Below, piece by piece: positions 1 through 8,300 of a stretch of DNA of 64,000 nucleotides (position 1 is the stretch's first letter; each line of letters opens with the position of its first letter). Location of the stretch: positions 198 through 64,197 of the forward strand of contig CALXCA010000008.1 in NCBI GenBank assembly GCA_944386685.1. The letters run 5' to 3'. This DNA is from an uncultured Clostridia bacterium (lineage in GTDB: Bacteria; Bacillota; Clostridia; TANB77; CAG-508). The notes beneath the pieces are model-generated. The model was not told where the DNA came from, ran no database searches, and saw only the letters and a program-made list of their open reading frames with translations. The translations under genes were made by a program, and so were the position numbers.

Positions 1-451
1 CTTGCCCTTGTCTAAAGCCTGGTCTAAAATCTCTATATAAAAAAATTAAACCATATTTTTCTGCCATTTCTTCTCCTATTTTTTTCAATGCTTCATGGTT
101 TTGATATGGGCTAATTAGTAGAGTTGTAGAAAATGTATCATATCCATTTTCTTTTGCATATTTTGCAGTTTGTTCCAATCTTACTCTATAACAATATTTA
201 ACACATCTATTTTCTAAATCATTTATAACATTTTTACAAAAATCTTTTAATCCATAATTTTCATCAAAAATTGCTTGTACACCAATGCTTGCTGTATATT
301 CTTTTAATGTGTCTCTTCTTGTTTTATATTCTACATATGGATGAATATTAGGATTGAACCAGTATACTACTGGTTCAATCCCTTCTTTTCTTAAACTTTT
401 TATACAATAAACACTACAAGGTGCACAACATGTATGTAATAATAATTTCAA
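1..451 (-). CDS. queH: epoxyqueuosine reductase QueH (DUF208); C-terminus cut by the window edge
   Basis: Not in the ORF track (no ATG, runs off the window). The reverse translation reads KLKLLLHTCCAPCSVYC..NPNIHPYVEY..RCVKYCYRVRL..TTLLISPYQNHE..DFRPGF, the QueH Cys pattern. Probable TTG start at 451-449 with a GAAAGGGA RBS upstream. Confidence 0.65.
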   Translation of the reverse strand, partial: MKLLLHTCCAPCSVYCIKSLRKEGIEPVVYWFNPNIHPYVEYKTRRDTLKEYTASIGVQAIFDENYGLKDFCKNVINDLENRCVKYCYRVRLEQTAKYAKENGYDTFSTTLLISPYQNHEALKKIGEEMAEKYGLIFLYRDFRPGFRQGQ

Positions 452-587
452 TTTTATTTTCGTCCCTTTCTATTCTTTTTTATTATTTAAAGATCACTAA
501 AAATATCACTAATTTGTTATATTTATTTAAATAATCAACAAATTTTTCATTTACTTTCTTATATAAATAATCTAATTTTCTATGTTT

Positions 588-1682
588 CTACTCTCTTCCA
601 TCTGATTGGTCGTTTTTTATTTTTATATTTAATAGTTTCTCTAAATCAAATACTTTTGTTATATCAAATTCTTTAAGATCGTCTATTCCTCCATTTTTTG
701 CACTACCTCTTACTCCATCTTCCCAATCATAATAGTCAGATAAACTTAGAATTTTATCTACATATGTTTTTGCATATTCATCATCTTTATGTTCAATAAA
801 ATATGGAATTAAAGTTTTTCCAGATGAAAGTGATGCTAAAGCTCTATGATGCCCGTCAATTATATATGTATTACCATTATATTCTAGTGCACAAATATCT
901 CCTAAATTATAATTAAAGCCTTTTTTCTTAATTGATTGTGCTAAACTATCTATTGTAGTTCCGACAGGAGATTTTGCAATTGTATTTATATATGTTTGTG
1001 ATGGTAAAAACATTGCTGTATTTTTCCAATACTTAGGATAATATTTTCCTGTTCTATAATTTTCTTCTCCATCAACTATTATCTGTGCTAATTCTCTAGG
1101 GTTTGAAAATGATGTATCTACTATTAAATCATAATTATCAGGATTTGTTAAGTCTACTCCATATCTTTCTTTATATCTTTCTATTTCTGATAATTTTCTT
1201 TTTCTTGTTTGTTCTATTGCTTCATCTAATGAGTAAAATTTATCTTCTACTCCTCTTGTTTGGTCATTAAATACTCTTTGCCCTGCAATTTTTTCATTTA
1301 CTGTTAATCTTATTGCATAAGATTCTGGTATGTTACTCCATGCTAGTCTAGAATCTATTATATATACATTATTAGGATGTTCTGCTTCATTTATTAATTG
1401 TCCTCTTCTAGCAACTTCACTGTCTACCATTTTGTCTATTCTATTTCTTTTTTCTTTAAAATCTTCGTCTGTTTGTATATCTGTTAAACTTACATTTTTT
1501 CTATCTGGATATGTTCTATAATATTCTTCTTGTATTAATTGCCTAAATATATTTCCAACAGATATAATTTGTACTTTATACCCCATTTTTTCATATTTAT
1601 CTCTTATTAGTTTTACTACTGTTGATTTTCCACTAACTGGTTCTCCAGAAATTGTAATAATTTTGTTTCTTATTTTTTTCAT
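588..1682 (-). CDS. fusion protein: N-terminal cytidylate-kinase-like P-loop domain plus C-terminal ParB/Srx-like domain
   Basis: 364-aa ORF. Walker A ITISGEPVSGKST, Cmk-like blocks (IIDSRLAWSNIP, IRLTVNEKIAGQRV, NYDLIVDTS), then the ParB/sulfiredoxin-type motif YIIDGHHRALAS in the last ~150 aa. Confidence 0.7.
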   Translation of the reverse strand: MKKIRNKIITISGEPVSGKSTVVKLIRDKYEKMGYKVQIISVGNIFRQLIQEEYYRTYPDRKNVSLTDIQTDEDFKEKRNRIDKMVDSEVARRGQLINEAEHPNNVYIIDSRLAWSNIPESYAIRLTVNEKIAGQRVFNDQTRGVEDKFYSLDEAIEQTRKRKLSEIERYKERYGVDLTNPDNYDLIVDTSFSNPRELAQIIVDGEENYRTGKYYPKYWKNTAMFLPSQTYINTIAKSPVGTTIDSLAQSIKKKGFNYNLGDICALEYNGNTYIIDGHHRALASLSSGKTLIPYFIEHKDDEYAKTYVDKILSLSDYYDWEDGVRGSAKNGGIDDLKEFDITKVFDLEKLLNIKIKNDQSDGRE

Positions 1683-1872
1683 ATTAAATTTTCTTCCTTT
1701 CTTAGGCGTATTTAGTTATGAAAATAATTTCTTTCAAACTATTTACATTCCTTTTTTTAAGGTATAAATTCGATTTAAAATTATTTTTTCTACTTTTTTC
1801 TGCATTTATTTTACCATATTAACAATATTTTGTAAATTGTTTTTTGAACAATTTTATGCATGTTTGCTACTA

Positions 1873-2098
1873 GGGTCGGTCCCAACACGAAAAAGGGACC
1901 GACCCCAACACAAAAAGGGACCGACCCCAACACAAAAAGGGACCGACCCCAACACAGAAAGGGACCGACCCCAACACAAAAAGGGACCGACCCTAACACA
2001 AAAAGGGACCGACCCCAACACAAAAAGGGACCGACCCTAACACAAAAAGGGACCGACCCCAGTAGCCGACCCTAACACGAAAAAAAGAGAACCGGCAC
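1873..2098. repeat. GC-rich 22-bp tandem array (8 direct units of GGGACCGACCCCAACACAAAAA, one inverted core, terminal GAGAACCGGCAC box)
   Basis: Direct units start at 1895, 1917, 1939, 1961, 1983, 2005, 2027 and 2049. The inverted core GGGTCGGTCCC at 1873-1883 can form an 11-bp hairpin with unit 1. GAGAACCGGCAC lies at 2087-2098. Confidence 0.95.
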
Positions 2099-2116
2099 TT
2101 TTTTTACCTTAATTAT

Positions 2117-2890
2117 TTACACTCCCATTATATTATATCCATTGTCTGCATATATTACTTGCCCTGTTATTGCTGTTGACATTTCACTTAGTAAGAATGT
2201 TGCCACATTTCCTACTTCTGTTGTTGTTACATTTCTGTGTAATGGTGCTTTTTGTTCTACTATGTCTAAGATTGAATTAAAATCTTTTATTCCTTTTGCT
2301 GATAATGTTTTTATTGGTCCTGCAGATACTGCATTTACTCTTATATTGTCTTTTCCTAAATTATCTGCTAGGTATCTTACACTTGCTTCTAATGCTGCTT
2401 TTGCTATTCCCATTACATTATATCCTTCTAATACTTTTGTTGAACCATGATATGTTAATGTAACTAAACTTGCATTTTCATTTAACATATCTAGTTCTTT
2501 TGCCATTCTTGATACTAATACAAATGAATATGCACTTACGTCACATGCGTGTGAATATCCTTCTTTACTTGTTAATATAAAATCATTGTGTAAATCTTCT
2601 GTGTTTGCATGTGCTATTGCATGTACTATTCCATCAATTTTTCCATTTTCTTCTTTTATTTGTGTAAATACTGTTTTTACTATTTCATCTTCTGATGCTC
2701 CATTTAATACATATGCTTTGCTTCCTTTAAAATCTGAAATTAATGTTTCTATTTTATCTTTGTTTTCTTCTCCCATATATGTAAATAATAATTGTGCTCC
2801 ATTTTCATATGCTGATTTTGCAATTCCATATGCTATACTCCATTTATTTCTTATTCCCATTATTAATATCTTTTTTCCCTCTAATAACAT
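2117..2890 (-). CDS. fabI: enoyl-[acyl-carrier-protein] reductase (NADH), FabI type
   Basis: 257 aa. MLLEGKKILIMGIRNKWSIAYGIAK N-terminus and SDR-like FabI architecture, within a fab cluster. Confidence 0.85.
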   Translation of the reverse strand: MLLEGKKILIMGIRNKWSIAYGIAKSAYENGAQLLFTYMGEENKDKIETLISDFKGSKAYVLNGASEDEIVKTVFTQIKEENGKIDGIVHAIAHANTEDLHNDFILTSKEGYSHACDVSAYSFVLVSRMAKELDMLNENASLVTLTYHGSTKVLEGYNVMGIAKAALEASVRYLADNLGKDNIRVNAVSAGPIKTLSAKGIKDFNSILDIVEQKAPLHRNVTTTEVGNVATFLLSEMSTAITGQVIYADNGYNIMGV

Positions 2891-3041
2891 AACTAATTTC
2901 TGTAATAAATTTATTTTATTACATTTAACCTCCCTTTTTTATATTTCTATATTTATTATTTTCTTATATTTATTTTAAAGTTTTTATAAAGTTTTTTACT
3001 AATTTATTATACATAATTTTTAAATAATATAATTTTTTTAA

Positions 3042-3971
3042 TTATATTATTTGATATTCTCCCATATTTCTAAATTTTTGATATCTTTCTTCTTTTATTT
3101 CTTGTGGGCTTTTTTTACTATATTCTTTTATTGTTTTTAATATCTCTTTTTTTAAATCTTCACTTACTTTTATAAAACTTTCTTCTTGTGTAATTGCATT
3201 TTCTTTTAATTTTTCACTTTCATTAATTGATAAATTTGTATTACTTTCTTTTATTTCCTTACTTTCATCAATTTTTTTACTATCAAAATCTATATCTTTG
3301 CTATTTTTCAAAACATCTATATTATATTTAGGTTCTTTTATAATTTTATCAATTACTTTTAATTCTTTTAAGTCTTTTGCTGTTAATTTCATCTTTTCTG
3401 CAGCTTCTTTGGCTCTTGATGAATCTTTCCACAAAATACTTGCATATCCTTCTGGAGAAAGAATTGAATATATTGCATTTTCTAACATTATTACTTTATT
3501 TCCTAGTCCTAAGGCTAATGCTCCTCCACTTGAACCTTCTCCTATTATTATACTTATTGTTGGTACAGTTAGACTTGCCATTTGTAGCATAGAACTTGCT
3601 ATTGCCTCTCCTTGACCTCTTTCTTCTGCACCAATTCCAGGATATGCTCCTTTTGTGTCTATAAAAGTTATAACTGGTCTATGAAATTTTTCGGCTTGTT
3701 TCATAAATCTTATTCCTTTTCTATAACTTTCTGGGTTTGGCATACCAAAATTTCTTTCTATATTTTCTTTTGTTGTTCTTCCTTTTTGTTCTGCAATTAC
3801 TGTAAAATTTTGTTTTCCTATTTTTGCTAAACCACATACTATTGCTTTATCATCTTTAAATTGCCTATCTCCATGCAATTCTATGAATTCATCAAATATT
3901 TTTTCTATATAATCTAATGATGTTTTTCTTTTTGGATTTCTTGCAATTTCAACTCTATCCCATGCGTCCAT
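3042..3971 (-). CDS. accA: acetyl-CoA carboxylase carboxyltransferase alpha subunit with a K/E-rich C-terminal extension
   Basis: 309 aa. AccA-like blocks [24 protein letters not shown] and [10 protein letters not shown]. The last ~85 aa are a low-complexity K/E/S tail. Confidence 0.88.
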   Translation of the reverse strand: MDAWDRVEIARNPKRKTSLDYIEKIFDEFIELHGDRQFKDDKAIVCGLAKIGKQNFTVIAEQKGRTTKENIERNFGMPNPESYRKGIRFMKQAEKFHRPVITFIDTKGAYPGIGAEERGQGEAIASSMLQMASLTVPTISIIIGEGSSGGALALGLGNKVIMLENAIYSILSPEGYASILWKDSSRAKEAAEKMKLTAKDLKELKVIDKIIKEPKYNIDVLKNSKDIDFDSKKIDESKEIKESNTNLSINESEKLKENAITQEESFIKVSEDLKKEILKTIKEYSKKSPQEIKEERYQKFRNMGEYQII

Positions 3972-4162
3972 TTCTACACCTTTTATAATATACTAAATAT
4001 TAAATATATTACCTTTCTTGAATCTTATTTTTTGCTAAATAAACTATAATCACTTGCTATTTGATATTTTCTCTTTGAATTCGAAAACTCAAATCTGGCA
4101 AGAAGAATTTGTTCTTTCATTTAGTAAAACATTATTTTTTGTTAATTTTTAATAATTTCATG

Positions 4163-5002
4163 TTAATTCTTATTCAATTCAATTAGTTTTGCTAAAGTAT
4201 TTTTTAAATCTTTTCTTTCTACTATTTTATCTATAAAACCATGTTCTAATAAAAATTCTGCTGTTTGAAATCCCTCTGGAAGTTCCTCACCAATTGTTTG
4301 CTCAATTACTCTTTGACCTGCAAAACCTATCATAGCACCTGGTTCTGCTAAAATAATATCTGCCAAACTTGCAAATGATGCAGTTACACCACCATAAGTT
4401 GGATCTGTTAAAACAGATATATATAATAATCCTGCTTCATTTAATTTTTCTATTGCAGATGTTGTTTTTGCCATTTGCATTAAAGAAATAATTCCCTCTT
4501 GCATTCTTGCACCACCAGATACGCAAAATATTATAATTGGTAATTTTAATTCAATAGCTTTTTCTATAGAATATGTAATTTTCTCTCCAACAACAATTCC
4601 CATACTACCCATTAAAAAGCCACTATCCATTACACATATTACAACTTCTTCTCCATTAATTTTTCCTATACCACTACTTACAGCCTCTTGTATTCCTGTT
4701 TTTTCTCTTAATGATTTTAGTTTTTTTGGATAATCTTCTAAATTTAATGGATTTGTAGTATCTATATTAAAATCAAATTTTTTATATGTTCCCTCATCTA
4801 TTATACTTTCTAATCTTTTATTTATATGCATTCTAAAATATCCACCACAATTTGGGCAAATACTTAAATTTTCTCTTAAGGTTTCTTTATAAATTATTTC
4901 TTTACATTTATCACATTTTACCCATTTTCCAACAGGTATGTCTACTTTATTTTGCACTCTTTTTGCTGTTGGCTCTCTTTTTTTGATTTTATCTACTATC
5001 AT
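4163..5002 (-). CDS. accD: acetyl-CoA carboxylase carboxyltransferase beta subunit
   Basis: 279 aa. N-terminal Zn ribbon CDKC..CPNC followed by the carboxyltransferase domain (GGARMQEG). Confidence 0.9.
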   Translation of the reverse strand: MIVDKIKKREPTAKRVQNKVDIPVGKWVKCDKCKEIIYKETLRENLSICPNCGGYFRMHINKRLESIIDEGTYKKFDFNIDTTNPLNLEDYPKKLKSLREKTGIQEAVSSGIGKINGEEVVICVMDSGFLMGSMGIVVGEKITYSIEKAIELKLPIIIFCVSGGARMQEGIISLMQMAKTTSAIEKLNEAGLLYISVLTDPTYGGVTASFASLADIILAEPGAMIGFAGQRVIEQTIGEELPEGFQTAEFLLEHGFIDKIVERKDLKNTLAKLIELNKN

Positions 5003-5019
5003 GTTTTAACTCCTTAAAA

Positions 5020-6363
5020 CTATTTTTTTAATATTTCTTTTTCTATAAATGATGTGTCAAAATTGCCTCTAATAAAGTTTTGATTTTTTATTATTTGGAA
5101 TAAAAAGTCTATATTTGTATCTACACCATCTATTACAGTTTCTTCTAATGCTCTTTTCATTTTGCTTATTGCTTCATTTCTAGTATCTCCATGTGTAATA
5201 ATTTTTGCTATCATAGAGTCATATGTCGGTGGAATTGTATATCCTTCATAAATGGCTGTATCTATTCTTATTCCATTTCCTCCTGGTAGGTTTAATCCTG
5301 TAATTGTTCCTGGACATGGCATAAAGTTTTTACTTGGATTTTCAGCATTAATTCTACATTCCATACTATATCCTCTAAATTCAATATCTTTTTGTTTAAA
5401 TCTTAAAGGCTCTCCTGCTGCTATTCTTATTTGTTCTTTTACTATATCTATTCCTGTTCGTTCTTCTGTTATTCCATGTTCTACTTGTATTCTAGTATTC
5501 ATTTCCATAAAATAATAGTTTTTATCTGAATCTACTAAAAATTCAATTGTTCCACAATTTGAGTATCCTGCAATTTTTGCAGCTTTTACTGCTGATTCTC
5601 CCATTTTATTTCTAATTTTATCATCTATTGCTGTTGATGGTGTTTCTTCTATTATTTTTTGATTTCTTCTTTGTATTGAACAATCTCTTTCTCCTAAATG
5701 TATTACATTTCCATGTTCATCTGCTAATATTTGAATTTCTACATGTCGTGGATTTTGAATAAATTTTTCCATATATATTTCATCATCATTAAATGATATT
5801 TTTGCCTCTTGTTTTACAATATGATAATTATTTTCTAATTCTTCTGGATTGTGTGCAATACGTATTCCTTTTCCTCCTCCACCTGCTGCTGCTTTTAACA
5901 TTACTGGATATCCTATTTTTTCAGCAATTTTAAGTGCATCTGTTAGTCCTGCAATACTTCCTTCTGAACCAGGAATTACTGGAACTCCTGCAGATTTCAT
6001 TAATTCTTTTGCTTTTGACTTATTTCCAAGTAAATCTATTACTTCTGGTTTTGGTCCAATAAATTTTATATTTGATTCTTCACATATTTTTGCAAATTGA
6101 CTGTTTTCTGATAAGAAACCAAATCCTGGATGTATACTATCTGCTCCTGTTATATGTGCTGCTTCTATTATATTTTTCATGTTTAAATAACTTTTACTTG
6201 AATTTGCTGGTCCTATGCATATTGCTTCATCTGCTAGTCTTGTATGCATAGCATCTTTATCAATTTCTGAATATACTGCAACTGTTTTTATATTCATTTC
6301 TTTACATGCTCTTATTATTCTAACAGCAATTTCTCCTCTATTTGCAATTAATATTTTATTCAT
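5020..6363 (-). CDS. accC: biotin carboxylase
   Basis: 447 aa. [22 protein letters not shown], the ATP-grasp GGGGKGIR loop and [10 protein letters not shown]. Confidence 0.95.
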   Translation of the reverse strand: MNKILIANRGEIAVRIIRACKEMNIKTVAVYSEIDKDAMHTRLADEAICIGPANSSKSYLNMKNIIEAAHITGADSIHPGFGFLSENSQFAKICEESNIKFIGPKPEVIDLLGNKSKAKELMKSAGVPVIPGSEGSIAGLTDALKIAEKIGYPVMLKAAAGGGGKGIRIAHNPEELENNYHIVKQEAKISFNDDEIYMEKFIQNPRHVEIQILADEHGNVIHLGERDCSIQRRNQKIIEETPSTAIDDKIRNKMGESAVKAAKIAGYSNCGTIEFLVDSDKNYYFMEMNTRIQVEHGITEERTGIDIVKEQIRIAAGEPLRFKQKDIEFRGYSMECRINAENPSKNFMPCPGTITGLNLPGGNGIRIDTAIYEGYTIPPTYDSMIAKIITHGDTRNEAISKMKRALEETVIDGVDTNIDFLFQIIKNQNFIRGNFDTSFIEKEILKK

Positions 6364-6421
6364 CTTTTAATTCTATAGTTTCTTCAAGTGAAAAAACTAT
6401 AACTACTCCTTGTATAAATAT

Positions 6422-6455
6422 ATTTAGGTTTTTATAAAATGGCTACCTATAAACC
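6422..6455 (-). promoter_or_regulatory. fab-cluster stem-loop module, copy 1 (upstream of accC)
   Basis: Plus strand reads ATTTAGGTTTTTATAAAATGGCTACCTATAAACC. On the mRNA strand this is GGTTTATAGGT..AAAACCTAAAT, followed by ATACAAGGAG and the start codon. Confidence 0.7.
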
Positions 6456-6472
6456 TTATTGTTCTAAAGTTT

Positions 6473-6679
6473 ATTAAAATTTTTATATATTAATAATTGC
6501 ATAAATTTCTCGACTCAATACGGAAATATAAGAATTTCTAAAATAATTTTATGGCACCCTTTCACTTAGTCCTCGCTACGCTCGACGCGAACATTTTCCA
6601 TAAAATTAATTTAAGAAATTCTAAATTTCCTCCAATCATATTCGAAATTTATTTATTATTAATATATAAAAATTTTTAA
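6473..6679. repeat. 207-bp palindromic (MITE-like) element: ~82-bp imperfect inverted arms around a 43-nt GC-rich core
   Basis: The left arm 6473-6554 and right arm 6598-6679 are reverse complements with a few mismatches. Both termini read ATTAAAA(A)TTTTTATATATTAATAAT. The core is CACCCTTTCACTTAGTCCTCGCTACGCTCGACGCGAAC. Confidence 0.8.
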
Positions 6680-6720
6680 TGAACTGAAACAACTCGCATA
6701 AAGTCTGAAAAAGTAATTTT

Positions 6721-6749
6721 TTGCTTTTATCCATTATATATGGTATAAT
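6721..6749 (+). promoter_or_regulatory. sigma-A-type promoter for the plus-strand ORF 6815-7084
   Basis: TTGCTT (6721-6726), 17-nt spacer, TATAAT (6744-6749) with an upstream TG. Confidence 0.5.
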
Positions 6750-6814
6750 TATTTTAAGCAATATTTGTTGCTAGAAAAACTCTCTTAGAAAAATTTACAT
6801 TGGAGGTGTGCTTT

Positions 6815-7084
6815 ATGTTATCTGAGAACTATGAGTTTTTCAAATTGGCAGATGATTGTCCCTCTTTGGAGAAACAGTTAGAAGACATCGTTGCTAATAA
6901 TGGAGGCAAATTACCTCAAGATTTTCAGCTTAAGCTTGAGGAAATTTTCCAGAGTCAGAGCATCAACACTATTCTTATCAACTCTGGATATCTCCACAAA
7001 GGTCAGGAGATTCGGAAATCTCTTGAGTTTAAGTGCTCCAGCGATGAGATGAAGATTACAGTTAACATCCATGTTAAGCTGTAA
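6815..7084 (+). CDS. hypothetical protein (89 aa), G+C-richer, antisense to the fab cluster
   Basis: ATG at 6815 is preceded by GGAGG at 6802-6806. The track ORF begins at an upstream TTG. It has its own promoter and a downstream GC hairpin. I recognise no family. Confidence 0.6.
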   Translation: MLSENYEFFKLADDCPSLEKQLEDIVANNGGKLPQDFQLKLEEIFQSQSINTILINSGYLHKGQEIRKSLEFKCSSDEMKITVNIHVKL

Positions 7085-7159
7085 TTTACCATCATCAAAA
7101 CAGTAAACTAACATTAAAATGATATGGAAAGAGGATTTCTTATGATTTTTATCTGCCTT

Positions 7160-7182
7160 GGAGGGTTGCACTGCAGCCCTCC
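7160..7182. terminator. GC-rich hairpin between the convergent ORF 6815-7084 and fabZ
   Basis: GGAGGGTTGCACTGCAGCCCTCC forms a near-perfect stem. It sits between two convergent stop codons. The T-tract is weak. Confidence 0.5.
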
Positions 7183-7194
7183 ATTATTTAATTA

Positions 7195-7620
7195 TTATCC
7201 AACAACTGCAAAAGTTAATTCTCCTTTTGCTACAACTTTATCATTTACTGTTGCAATTGCTTCTCCAATTCCTACTGGACCTTTTCTTTTTATTATTTTT
7301 ACTTCTAATTTTAGTCTATCTCCTGGAACCACCATTTTTTTAAATTTCATTTTATCTATTCCACCAAATAAAGCATTTTTTCCTTTATTTTCTGGCATAC
7401 TTAATATTGCTATTGCTCCAGCTTGTGCTAAACTCTCTGTAATTAATACTCCTGGCATTATTGGATTTCCTGGGAAATGTCCTTTAAAATACCATTCATT
7501 TTCGTCTACATTTTTATATGCTATAGCACTTTCTCCTGGTACATATTCTTCAACTTCATCTATCATCAAAAATGGTTCTCTTTGTGGTATTATTTCTTTT
7601 ATTTGTTCTTTATTTAACAT
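7195..7620 (-). CDS. fabZ: 3-hydroxyacyl-ACP dehydratase
   Basis: 141 aa. HFPGNPIMPGVLITESLAQAG hot-dog motif. Confidence 0.92.
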   Translation of the reverse strand: MLNKEQIKEIIPQREPFLMIDEVEEYVPGESAIAYKNVDENEWYFKGHFPGNPIMPGVLITESLAQAGAIAILSMPENKGKNALFGGIDKMKFKKMVVPGDRLKLEVKIIKRKGPVGIGEAIATVNDKVVAKGELTFAVVG

Positions 7621-7672
7621 TTTATTTATAAGTTATATTTATATTAAATATAACTTTCTCCTTATATCACAT

Positions 7673-7704
7673 ATTTAGGTTTTCATAGAGTTTTACCTAT
7701 AAAC
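7673..7704 (-). promoter_or_regulatory. fab-cluster stem-loop module, copy 2 (upstream of fabZ)
   Basis: ATTTAGGTTTTCATAGAGTTTTACCTATAAAC. Confidence 0.7.
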
Positions 7705-7785
7705 TCTTATAAATAGTGCATAAAAATATATAATTATTGTTTTATAATATATTATTTTCAAATATTAATTTCTATAAAAGATATC

Positions 7786-8232
7786 TTATCTAATTCTAAA
7801 CAATGGTTTTCCGTATTCTACCATTTCACCGTCTTTAACTAGTATTTCTGCTATTGTTCCATCAAATTCTGATTCTATTTCGTTCATTAATTTCATGGCT
7901 TCTATAATGCATAATACATCACCTTTTTTTACAGTTTTACCAACTTCTACATATGGTGCAGAATTAGGGTCTGGTCTTAAATAAAATGTTCCTACCATTG
8001 GAGATTTTACAATATTTCCTTGTTCTTCTTTTGTTTCACTTTCTTGTTTTTTTTCTGTTTTTTCAACTACAGGTTGTGATTGTACAATTTGGCTTGTTGT
8101 TCTTTCTATTATTTGCACTTCTTTATCTTTTTTCATTCCAATTCTTGTACCATCTGGAAAATCAATATTTATTTCTGTTAATTTTGAATTTCCCATATCT
8201 TCAATTAATTTTTTTATGTCTTCGTAATTCAT
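7786..8232 (-). CDS. accB: biotin carboxyl carrier protein
   Basis: 148 aa. Biotinylation motif EAMKLMNEIE in the C-terminal lipoyl-like domain. Confidence 0.92.
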   Translation of the reverse strand: MNYEDIKKLIEDMGNSKLTEINIDFPDGTRIGMKKDKEVQIIERTTSQIVQSQPVVEKTEKKQESETKEEQGNIVKSPMVGTFYLRPDPNSAPYVEVGKTVKKGDVLCIIEAMKLMNEIESEFDGTIAEILVKDGEMVEYGKPLFRIR

Positions 8233-8256
8233 TTTTTACATTCCTTGTATTATAAA

Positions 8257-8289
8257 ATTTAGGTTTTTATATGGATTTACCTATAAACC
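8257..8289 (-). promoter_or_regulatory. fab-cluster stem-loop module, copy 3 (upstream of accB)
   Basis: ATTTAGGTTTTTATATGGATTTACCTATAAACC. Confidence 0.7.
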
Positions 8290-8300
8290 ATAATAATATT

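Noticed and set aside
452-587. preQ1 riboswitch upstream of queH
   Set aside because: There is no match to the compact preQ1-I/II consensus. The region shows only AT-rich sequence with a short TTAGTGAT direct repeat.
1811-2075. Three overlapping ORFs (67-71 aa) with repetitive KGPTPTQKGTDPNTKRDRPQH-type sequence
   Set aside because: They are simply translations of the 22-bp tandem DNA repeat in different frames and strands. They have no RBS, and the periodicity is at the DNA level rather than the codon level (22 is not a multiple of 3).
1873-2098. Reading the iteron-like array as evidence that the window is a plasmid or contains a replication origin
   Set aside because: No rep, dnaA or partition ATPase gene is nearby. 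The window is dominated by housekeeping genes (fab, ileS, rpmE, fhs). The iteron analogy is kept only as a hypothesis about protein binding.
7124-7678. 184-aa plus-strand ORF
   Set aside because: It is antisense to fabZ, which has an unambiguous hot-dog dehydratase motif.
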